The translations under genes and the position numbers were made by a program. Below are positions 9,011 through 16,903 of a stretch of DNA of 36,657 bases, one piece after another. Positions within the stretch are counted from its first letter, which is position 1. The number at the start of each line of letters is the position of its first letter. Under the pieces are notes generated by a model. The model had not been told where the DNA came from. It did not search any database and was given only the letters and a program-made list of their open reading frames with translations. Source of the DNA: a virus (taxonomy: Duplodnaviria; Caudoviricetes); the IMG/VR virus record IMGVR_UViG_3300037044_000037, positions 1 through 36,657 of that record, one strand, 5' to 3'.

Positions 9011-9421
9011 TCAGGCTTTTTTTTTGCCTTCACGGTGTTCGCGGATCATGGCGAATATCTTGTTCTTCAGCCATGGCCAGAAGTTTGGGTCAGTTTCAAA
9101 CGTTTCAGATTCCAAACGCTTGAGATCAGCCTCACTTAACCGGGTTTGTGGTCTACCCTGGCTGAGCAGTTCTGAAAACAGCTCTCTGATCCGCGTCTCA
9201 ATGTTTACAGACGATTTTTCATTGAACTTCTTGCTCAGCCAGTTCTGTTTTTTCTTCAGAGCGCGTCCTACCAGGTCAAAAATACCCTGTGTCAGGTCGC
9301 TGATCTCCTTCAGCATTTCTGTTGGTGGGTTCACCCACACCTCGAGCACATTACCCTTCATTTCAGGCATATACTCGCCAAGGTCTAACGTTCTCACCGC
9401 TTTTGGAATATCAATATTCAT
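9011..9421 (-). CDS. Tail assembly chaperone (G)
   Basis: Between major tail and tape measure genes; ends GGC AAA AAA AAA GCC TGA. Confidence 0.85.
   Translation of the reverse strand: MNIDIPKAVRTLDLGEYMPEMKGNVLEVWVNPPTEMLKEISDLTQGIFDLVGRALKKKQNWLSKKFNEKSSVNIETRIRELFSELLSQGRPQTRLSEADLKRLESETFETDPNFWPWLKNKIFAMIREHREGKKKA
9017..9025 (-). promoter_or_regulatory. Programmed -1 frameshift slippery site (A AAA AAA)
   Basis: A9 run in frame immediately before the G stop codon; -1 frame continues to 8733. Confidence 0.82.
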
Positions 9422-9437
9422 ACATCACCCATTATTT

Positions 9438-9465
9438 GTAGGGGCACGGCGTGCCGTGCCCGTTC
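9438..9465 (+). repeat. GTAG-type REP-like palindrome
   Basis: GTAG-GGGCACGGC-GT-GCCGTGCCC-GTTC in an intergenic gap. Confidence 0.6.
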
Positions 9466-9466
9466 A

Positions 9467-10468
9467 CTAGATCGTCGCCAAATTGGTGGTGCAGTAGGCT
9501 TTCAACATCGCCGTTCCAGTAACCGCATAGACACCTTCCAGCATCACTGTGGTCAGAGAGGTTTCTTTATCCTTTGAAGCACCAGGAATCACTTCCATCA
9601 CGGCGCACGAGAACTGAATATCCACAGAATGCTTGTCGCCGGTTCCGATGGCGTCGCCTTCAAGTAAAACCTTCACGAACTTCAAGTCACCGGTGGCGTC
9701 AAATAACGCAATCGCATCAGATCCATTTACAAGTGTCAGCGTGCATAACACAGCAAACTTACCTTCGCCGATCGTAGTGAACACCAGCCCGTTGCCGTTG
9801 AATTCAGGATATGCACCGTTCAAAATCTCAAGCTCAACCTGGCGCAATATGCCTGTTTTTTCAGTGTTGCCGATGGTCGCCCAGCTTGAATCAACATAAA
9901 TCTTGGCCAGCAAGCTGTTTAATTCACTGACAGTTGGCACTGCAACAGAGGCGGTGAATGTGGTTTTTGTGTTTTGTCTTGCAAAGAAACCGGCTTCTAG
10001 CTTGACAACAGCATCGCTGTTATCCTGTGGCAAAGTGATTGTCATCATCATTCGGTCAAGCGTGAGGTATTCAATCTCAAACGCCTGCACAGAGTCGCCC
10101 AATTCCACTGTGGAAGAATCCAGGGTGTTTGAAGCGGTCAATGATGGCTCAAAGGTCCACAAATAGTCATTTTGCAATGCGGTTTGCATGGATGGTGTAA
10201 TTCCACCCTTGATCAAGTGAGAAAACAGCCACGGAAACACCTGGTAATATGCACGCGGAACGTTCAGCGTGCCCTGCACCAGCTTGCCGGAGGTTTCAAC
10301 GGCGCGATATCCGTTGACTTTCAACCCAATATCATCAGCAGGAACAATAGGCCGATGATCCGGCACAAAATCGATCGTTGCCTCACCCACAAAACGGGTA
10401 TCCGCTGCCACTGCAGTTCCATGTGCCGCCGGATTCTCAACACCAAATTGCAACTGTTCTAACGCCAT
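9467..10468 (-). CDS. Major tail (tube) protein
   Basis: Position upstream of chaperones; LQFGVE..HGTAVAA start typical of tube proteins; GGAGG RBS before ATG 10468. Confidence 0.85.
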   Translation of the reverse strand: MALEQLQFGVENPAAHGTAVAADTRFVGEATIDFVPDHRPIVPADDIGLKVNGYRAVETSGKLVQGTLNVPRAYYQVFPWLFSHLIKGGITPSMQTALQNDYLWTFEPSLTASNTLDSSTVELGDSVQAFEIEYLTLDRMMMTITLPQDNSDAVVKLEAGFFARQNTKTTFTASVAVPTVSELNSLLAKIYVDSSWATIGNTEKTGILRQVELEILNGAYPEFNGNGLVFTTIGEGKFAVLCTLTLVNGSDAIALFDATGDLKFVKVLLEGDAIGTGDKHSVDIQFSCAVMEVIPGASKDKETSLTTVMLEGVYAVTGTAMLKAYCTTNLATI

Positions 10469-10540
10469 TTCAACCTCCATAAAAACTGATAAAGATTTTC
10501 TTTGCGATCTCTGCGCCTTTGCGAGAGGCTGCTTTTGACC

Positions 10541-10996
10541 TTATACCGATATGGTGTACTTCCCTGTATGGCTTTCCTGCACTTCCCAGGGAACCTGAAT
10601 ACCAAAATGATCCTTTTCTCCACCCCAGGTCAATTCAACGATCTCAATTGATCCGGTTCTTACAAGGTGAAAATCAGTCACCTTTCCGCCAAGGGTAAGA
10701 TGGGCTGCCGCCGCTGCCACAATCCTGTCTGGGAACTTCATGCAAAACGACATATTTGACCGAAGCAGATCAAGTGTCAAATGAAATTCAGTCACACCGG
10801 CATACACACCGGTCGCACTTCCACCACGAGAATAAGCTTCATCATTCTTTTTGACAAAAGTGATCGCGCAGGGTGCCTTTGTGACGCTTTCTGGTATCTC
10901 TTTCAGCAGATAACTTTTGACACGTTTATGGTCCACTTCAATGGAACCCCAAATTTTGGCAATATCATCAAACCAATACTCGATACCGTAATTCAT
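10541..10996 (-). CDS. Tail terminator/completion protein
   Basis: Size and position before the tail tube gene; TLGGKV motif. Confidence 0.65.
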   Translation of the reverse strand: MNYGIEYWFDDIAKIWGSIEVDHKRVKSYLLKEIPESVTKAPCAITFVKKNDEAYSRGGSATGVYAGVTEFHLTLDLLRSNMSFCMKFPDRIVAAAAAHLTLGGKVTDFHLVRTGSIEIVELTWGGEKDHFGIQVPWEVQESHTGKYTISV

Positions 10997-10998
10997 CC

Positions 10999-11547
10999 TT
11001 ACCTCACCCTCAGCGCTTCAACCACTTTTTGAATGGCATTGCTCAGAAAGACCAACACCTGGCCTCGCTTTTCTTCCATCACCGGTCGTGCGATATCCTC
11101 ACCCTTGATACCCTTCTGCTGGATCGACCGCGCCACACCAAAAGCCTTGATCCGCGCTTCTTTACCAGAAACGTTGAACTTCTGACTAACCCAGTCCACA
11201 AAACGATCAGAAACATACACCGGCGGCATATCCGCCCCAGCAGCACGGCCTGTCTGCATAAACCTGAAGATATGTGCCTGATTCTTTGATGGACCCGTAA
11301 TACCCGTTACTGATCCATCCATCACACCCTTTTTCACCTTGCTGCTTATACTTTTTGCCGTGGATCCTGAAAACTTCTTGACCCTCGGAACCTCCGCCGA
11401 TTTCATCACAGCATTGCCTTGCTTGATGGCTGTGGTCAAATGTTTCTGCAGTTCATCCGGCAGCTTGCCAAGAAGAGCAAGCTGTGCCTCCACGTCAGAA
11501 GACGTGATCTGCATATCAACATCAGCCACACCAAGCTTAGTCGCCAA
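10999..11547 (-). CDS. Neck/tail completion protein (HK97 gp10-like)
   Basis: Basic protein; SGSTAKSI and ARSIQQKGIKG patterns; position in neck module. Confidence 0.65.
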   Translation of the reverse strand: MATKLGVADVDMQITSSDVEAQLALLGKLPDELQKHLTTAIKQGNAVMKSAEVPRVKKFSGSTAKSISSKVKKGVMDGSVTGITGPSKNQAHIFRFMQTGRAAGADMPPVYVSDRFVDWVSQKFNVSGKEARIKAFGVARSIQQKGIKGEDIARPVMEEKRGQVLVFLSNAIQKVVEALRVR

Positions 11548-12562
11548 CGTTGAACTCCTGAAGCGCTTTCTCTATCTGTCCAGGCGGAATCTCGATCATA
11601 TATTTACCGCTTCCAAACTCGCTGTTGCCGCTCGACCCTGAGAATGCAGTTTCAGCATTCATACGCATCATGCTGGCCAGCTTGATCGCATAATGATTAA
11701 TAATTTCTGGTACAACATAGCGGCTGAGCGCTTTATTGCTATGGCTGGCTGCTGTTGTTCCGTTGACGCCTCTCGTTACGCCAAAAGTGCGGTAAACACG
11801 AATCGCGCTGTCATCTGTATGGCTCGTGTCAGAGGTTCCATTCCATCCACGCACCACACCCAGCACATTACCGCCTATTTTCTGGATATACACATCCTCA
11901 ATATCGATCTGGATGACTTCACCTTCGTGGAATTCAGCGCCATTATCCACCGTGATCGTTGAATCGCCTTGCGCAATCGCACCATTCACCTTGGATGTCG
12001 CCGTGGTCCCTGCCATTGCGCCAGGGCTTCCACCGCCAGAAATAACGTATTCTTGTTCATCTTCGATCTTTAGTACCATCCCTGGGCTCAACAACGCACC
12101 GTTGGTGACCACAAGTGTCGTTTCACTTGCCGTCGATTGCGTTGCACTCAAACCCAAAGTGGTGGTCAGATCATATAAACCCCACACACCAGCGATTTCG
12201 ATAGGAATATCATCGCTGCACGGCCATGAATAACCCTCAAGCTCAATCCCGATATATGGACCGTTTTCCCACATCCGGTTGCTTGGAACAAACCGGTAAT
12301 TGTCAGTTGAAATAGTCTCGCTGTTGATCTTCAAAGAGGTAATGCTCAACAGCGCAGGAACATATAAGATTTCAGATCGTTTGTTGTTATCGATATAAAA
12401 CGTTTTGGTGGTGATCAGTGGGATGAAATTCCCACCTTTGCGCATAAATGCATCAGAGGCGGCCTGGATGCACTTCATAACGTCTGACCGGCCAACAAAC
12501 CCGCCCAAATCCAATACGTCAATCAAATCCTTGGCCGAACACAACGTCTGCGCAATATCCAT
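11537..12562 (-). CDS. Head-tail adaptor with inserted beta-rich repeat domains
   Basis: First gene after the capsid; adaptor-like ends (IQAASD..., VPEIINHYAIKLA); two RGxNGT repeat units. Confidence 0.7.
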   Translation of the reverse strand: MDIAQTLCSAKDLIDVLDLGGFVGRSDVMKCIQAASDAFMRKGGNFIPLITTKTFYIDNNKRSEILYVPALLSITSLKINSETISTDNYRFVPSNRMWENGPYIGIELEGYSWPCSDDIPIEIAGVWGLYDLTTTLGLSATQSTASETTLVVTNGALLSPGMVLKIEDEQEYVISGGGSPGAMAGTTATSKVNGAIAQGDSTITVDNGAEFHEGEVIQIDIEDVYIQKIGGNVLGVVRGWNGTSDTSHTDDSAIRVYRTFGVTRGVNGTTAASHSNKALSRYVVPEIINHYAIKLASMMRMNAETAFSGSSGNSEFGSGKYMIEIPPGQIEKALQEFNVGD

Positions 12563-12630
12563 CTCTACCTCTTTTGCAGTTCCCTGGAAGGGTTTCCCCT
12601 CCCAGGGACAAAATCCGATAAAACGTAAAA

Positions 12631-13794
12631 CTATCCGAGCAAAATTGCCATGGCTTCGGGTTTGACAGCCTTCACGCCCCAGGCCAGGCCAACTTCGTAG
12701 GCAATACGGCGGCGTTGGCGATACATGGCCACCTGGAAGGAAATGCCAGTGATGGGATCAGTAACGACAGTAACGTCATCAGCAGAATCACCACCAGCGG
12801 GCATGGCAGGAATTCTCATCAGCAAGTGAATTGCGCTCTTGCTGAATGCCATATTGGCAGTATAAGAATTACCAATTGTCAGATCGTCATTGTTGACCCA
12901 GGCAACCTTCAAGCCAGGATTTTGCAAAACGATATCAGTATCAACACCGGTGGTACCTGTGCCGCCAGTTTTGACGACATATTTATTGGTGTCGCGACCG
13001 GTCTTGACGTTGGTGATGACATCACCCGCTTTGATCGCACCCAAACCTGTGTCAAGGTGAATCGCAGTCAACCCAGCAGCGTAACCGGCGGTCAGATCTA
13101 CTTTGAAACCTGTGCCAGCACCTTTGGTATGGCTTGCTACCTGTGCGCTCTCACGAACAGCAAAGCCATGTAAATCCTGCAAAACACCACGTCGCAGCAT
13201 GGCTTCGTTGCCAGATTCGTTGACCTTGTAGAGCTCAACAAGTGTGCGCAGCGCGGCACCTGCCGTAGTATCAACGACCAATTGCAGGTCGCTCATCGGA
13301 GCGCCATTGTCTTTTAAGATCTTGTGAAGTTGAGCGGTAAACGCCACTTTATTTGTGCTGTCAAACGGTGTGGTTCCACCACTTCCATAAGCACGGCTGG
13401 CATTCACATAAAGTGCGGCAAGATCGGCTTCAACTTCGTTCACCAGGCTGCGCATACACTGCGCAAATTGATCAGCCAAAATCTTGTTATACAGCCCGCC
13501 GATCCCAACCTGCTCTTCTGCTTCCCAGAAGAAAGTTGAGCTTTTAACCTTGCTGATAGACATTGTGGCAGGTGCCACAGTCTGAGCCGTGGGATCAGGA
13601 CCAGTGGCTGCAGCAGCGATATCTGCAGTAGTATTCGCAGCAGATGTCACAGGATAAGTGATGGTCTGGTTTTTTGCGGCAGCTTCACCAGATGCGTCCA
13701 TCGTCACGGCTGGGATAAAGCCGGTCGCTTCGCGCAAAACAGTGTCGGCTGCGGTGAAAATGGTTGGGATAAGTCCCGTAAGTGTGTTTGACAT
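12631..13794 (-). CDS. Major capsid protein (P22 coat-like)
   Basis: MSNTLTGLIP...GFIPAV start; C-terminal DPITGISFQVAMY...AWGVKAVKPE; GGAGG RBS. Confidence 0.88.
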   Translation of the reverse strand: MSNTLTGLIPTIFTAADTVLREATGFIPAVTMDASGEAAAKNQTITYPVTSAANTTADIAAAATGPDPTAQTVAPATMSISKVKSSTFFWEAEEQVGIGGLYNKILADQFAQCMRSLVNEVEADLAALYVNASRAYGSGGTTPFDSTNKVAFTAQLHKILKDNGAPMSDLQLVVDTTAGAALRTLVELYKVNESGNEAMLRRGVLQDLHGFAVRESAQVASHTKGAGTGFKVDLTAGYAAGLTAIHLDTGLGAIKAGDVITNVKTGRDTNKYVVKTGGTGTTGVDTDIVLQNPGLKVAWVNNDDLTIGNSYTANMAFSKSAIHLLMRIPAMPAGGDSADDVTVVTDPITGISFQVAMYRQRRRIAYEVGLAWGVKAVKPEAMAILLG

Positions 13795-13843
13795 TTTTTT
13801 ACCTCCAAAAGGTCAAAAATTGAACGAACCAATAAGATAAGAC

Positions 13844-14218
13844 TTATTCGTCTTTTAAACTGCCGCCGGTTTTGATAAACTTGGCCCGATCATCCAGGCT
13901 CAGCTTGTCATATTCCTGACGGGTAAGCACAGATGCTTGAGATGAACCATCACCCTGGCTATCTTCAGCATTCGACACAGGCACATAGTTCTTTGCTATG
14001 TCGTTCGGTCGATCAGCTTTCTGACGAAGTTCATAAAGCTTTGAAACTTCATCCAGCTTTGAGACCGCAGCATCAAGCTCTGGCTGAAGTTCAAGCGCCT
14101 TGAGCTTCCCCTCGTCTGATCCGTCAGCCATGGCCGTGTCGATATCATGTGCGATTCGATCAACCTCAGCCTGTGCTGAATTGACAGCGTCGAAATAGGG
14201 TTTCAAATCAGTTGCCAT
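13844..14218 (-). CDS. Probable capsid scaffolding protein
   Basis: Acidic coiled coil; C-terminal LTRQEYDKLSLDDRAKFIKTGG helix-turn-helix typical of scaffolds; lies between protease and capsid genes. Confidence 0.65.
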   Translation of the reverse strand: MATDLKPYFDAVNSAQAEVDRIAHDIDTAMADGSDEGKLKALELQPELDAAVSKLDEVSKLYELRQKADRPNDIAKNYVPVSNAEDSQGDGSSQASVLTRQEYDKLSLDDRAKFIKTGGSLKDE

Positions 14219-14223
14219 TTGTG

Positions 14224-14961
14224 TTACTCCTTTCCCAATAATTTGGATATTCTTTCGCGCAGTGTAGCCACTTCGCGTTCTTGTTCAACCGTCAGTTTGC
14301 TGGTCGTTACCTCTAACGGACTGATACCACTTTCAAAGACTTCATCTTCCAGGCATGAGAGCTTTGCTTCCATCAACGCGCCTGTGATCCCAGTTCCTGC
14401 CACTGCAGGCACATTCACCGCAGACAATTCTTTACCTTGCGGGTTCACAAACGTGATCACGCATGTCTTTACATCATCGCCAACGTTATATTTTCTACCT
14501 GGCCAGTGGCTGCAGTCGCGGCTGAAGAAAGACGCGCCGCAGATTGAGCACAATGCATCTTCATAAAACCAACCAATAGAAAACCGATCCATCTTGCCTT
14601 CGATGTAATCGATCATCCCGCGCCGTGTGGTCAAGCGCACATCGGCCACAACCCAACCATCAACCAGCGATGCAGAGACCAGTGTTCCGTCTCTGGCGTC
14701 GATTTCATATGTGTTGTGATCTCGAAGGTATGGTTGTCCTTCAAAAGATTCAGCAAAATGCTTCATATCCTCATCTTTGAATCGATAGGGGTTACGGTTC
14801 TGACTGGCCTGACTAAACACCTGAGCCCTGAAATCAAGGTGATCGATCTCTCCGTTTTCAATCTTTGGCAGCATCTCCGCCCTGGGCGGCAGTTCAAGGG
14901 TGTTGACCGTCGGCAGTGAAAACAACACAGGCAGCAGTTCTTTTTGTTTATTTTTGTCCAT
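14224..14961 (-). CDS. Prohead maturation protease (HK97/U35-like fold)
   Basis: LRDHN, FSIGW and ELSAVNVPA motifs; CxxC..C-H insert; start re-called at ATG 14961 with GAGG RBS. Confidence 0.82.
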   Translation of the reverse strand: MDKNKQKELLPVLFSLPTVNTLELPPRAEMLPKIENGEIDHLDFRAQVFSQASQNRNPYRFKDEDMKHFAESFEGQPYLRDHNTYEIDARDGTLVSASLVDGWVVADVRLTTRRGMIDYIEGKMDRFSIGWFYEDALCSICGASFFSRDCSHWPGRKYNVGDDVKTCVITFVNPQGKELSAVNVPAVAGTGITGALMEAKLSCLEDEVFESGISPLEVTTSKLTVEQEREVATLRERISKLLGKE

Positions 14962-16168
14962 TGTTTCCTCCAATTGGCATAATATTTCCAGCCATATAAT
15001 GCTGATCACCTTCGTCGTAAGCGCTCATGTCGTTCTTTTCACGCGCTTCATTTGGGGTCATCATTCCATTTTGAATTTGAATCGCCATGGCTTCTGACCT
15101 TGCTTTGCTATCCATTCGCAATAATGCTTCACGAATAAACTTGAAATAGGTATTCGGTTGTTCTCCCATTGATAACCACTTGATTCTTGCAGCCTCTTCC
15201 CACGGCACAAGGTAAGCATCCAGGGTACCCTGCAAATATTCGATATATTTCTGCTCATTCGAGTTGTACGCTTCCTTGCCGCGGTTCAGCATATGTTCCG
15301 GCAGCCCAAAGAAGTTACAAATCTGGCGTTCAGTGGCATCAATGCTTTCGAGAAACTGAGCATCCTTGAGTTGGATGTCAATTGGCTTAAATTCAGTGAT
15401 ATTGTTGTCAAAAATGGCCAGCCGATATGCGTTTTCAGATCCGCTCATTTGCTCTTCAAAAGCTTGCCGCACCTTTTTTCTGGCTTCAGGATCCTTTATT
15501 TCGCCGTCAACTTTCAGATAACCGGCTGGCATAAACCCCTGTGAAAAGAACTTGGCTTGAGTTTTATGCGCTGCGATCTGCCGTCCATAGGTTTCACGCG
15601 CAAAAGTGATCACGCCACGCCCCATAAACCCGGTTGCATCGGGGTTGATCAACAAATGCATAATCTCAACAGACGGAATAAAGCAGGCTTTACCATTTGA
15701 AAAGACATGCTTGTACCAAAGGTTACCTTTGAGATCAAAAACAGGCGCGGTTTGGTCAGACGGCAAAAGCAATAACTGGTTGGGTCCCTTCGATGGTTGC
15801 CAAATGTAGGTATTGCCATAGCTCAGCAGCCAATCAACCGCATTCTTTTTCAGTTGGAATGGCGTCCAGTCAAACTCATTTGGCTTGATTTGAAGCAGAT
15901 AAGCCATGTTCCTGGTCACTGGATCAGGATCAACCTGTTCGATGTTGCGCCCAACCTTACGAATCATTTGTAAAGGAAGTTTAGCCACGTCATCAGAGAT
16001 AATGTTCTTGGCCCTGTGCGCTACCGCAATGGATTCTGATTTGAAGATCGAAACACGCTCACCAGATTGAGTGTTGTATCCCCACGACGGCGCATAGTCC
16101 GCCCGCGGCGATGAATCCTGATTAACATCAACTTTTCTGTTTGAACTAAGAAGGTCTGTTATTAACAT
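14948..16168 (-). CDS. Portal protein, HK97 family
   Basis: ISDDVAKLP, GNTYI, DAQFLE, ICNFFGLP and MTPNEAR motifs. Confidence 0.95.
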   Translation of the reverse strand: MLITDLLSSNRKVDVNQDSSPRADYAPSWGYNTQSGERVSIFKSESIAVAHRAKNIISDDVAKLPLQMIRKVGRNIEQVDPDPVTRNMAYLLQIKPNEFDWTPFQLKKNAVDWLLSYGNTYIWQPSKGPNQLLLLPSDQTAPVFDLKGNLWYKHVFSNGKACFIPSVEIMHLLINPDATGFMGRGVITFARETYGRQIAAHKTQAKFFSQGFMPAGYLKVDGEIKDPEARKKVRQAFEEQMSGSENAYRLAIFDNNITEFKPIDIQLKDAQFLESIDATERQICNFFGLPEHMLNRGKEAYNSNEQKYIEYLQGTLDAYLVPWEEAARIKWLSMGEQPNTYFKFIREALLRMDSKARSEAMAIQIQNGMMTPNEAREKNDMSAYDEGDQHYMAGNIMPIGGNNGQK

Positions 16169-16358
16169 TCTTTGACCTTGCCTTTCCTATTCCGACTAAA
16201 ACTCCAAAAACAATAAGCATCAATCCACCAATAACCCAGGTGATGATCACATTCCACTTTGATAACCCGATCAACACGCAAATACAGCCTACAACCATCA
16301 ACAGATCATCAAAAAACTTGTTGAAAAAGGACCGCAGGAAAGAAATAAGCTCTCTCAT
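16146..16358 (-). CDS. Small two-TM membrane protein preceding portal
   Basis: Two hydrophobic segments; overlaps neighbouring genes; a common gene type at this position. Confidence 0.75.
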   Translation of the reverse strand: MRELISFLRSFFNKFFDDLLMVVGCICVLIGLSKWNVIITWVIGGLMLIVFGVLVGIGKARSKNVNNRPS

Positions 16359-16903
16359 ACAGCTCCCTCGAATGCACCGAACACTGACACCAACGGTCCA
16401 GACATTGCTTTGACCCGCTGCCAGTTCGGCAGCATGTTTTTTGCATCTTCAATCCAGGGGTTAATGTGATGATCCAGTGGATAGTGAAAGTGCGGTTTAT
16501 CTTCGTAAGGATGAAAGTATTTCTGTTCTCCCTGGTAACAATCCATCCCGCACAAAATAACAGGATCACACCCCAGCCAAAGCGCAAACCAGGCAGCAGT
16601 ATTTGAGCTGTAGAATCCCGTCCACACCGGCACATCAAATTTGATATCTGAGGTAGGTTCAGGGCTTACCTTTACACCCTTGTAAGTCCTGATTGCCTCA
16701 TCAAGTAATGGAAATTCAGCCGGGTGATCGTTGTAGACCATGAAATCCGGTTCGCACAGATAAATCGCATGGCTATTGACAGCGATCAGCACGCAACCTT
16801 CAGGGAGTTTTGCCAGATCACCAGGCAAACTTGGTCCGCCGCCGAGCACTGCAGCCGGTCTGCCAGCAAATTTGTTTTTGAAACTGCTCATCATTTCAGC
16901 CAT
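16355..16903 (-). CDS. Maf/DUF115 (MptE-like) putative glycosyltransferase
   Basis: VLGGGPSL, IAVN and LGCDPVILCGMD motifs; ATG 16903 overlaps the terL stop (TAATG). Confidence 0.7.
   Translation of the reverse strand: MAEMMSSFKNKFAGRPAAVLGGGPSLPGDLAKLPEGCVLIAVNSHAIYLCEPDFMVYNDHPAEFPLLDEAIRTYKGVKVSPEPTSDIKFDVPVWTGFYSSNTAAWFALWLGCDPVILCGMDCYQGEQKYFHPYEDKPHFHYPLDHHINPWIEDAKNMLPNWQRVKAMSGPLVSVFGAFEGAV

Noticed and set aside
12581-12608. Terminator after the capsid gene
   Set aside because: The hairpin is present but has no U-tract on the sense strand; at most a stabilising stem
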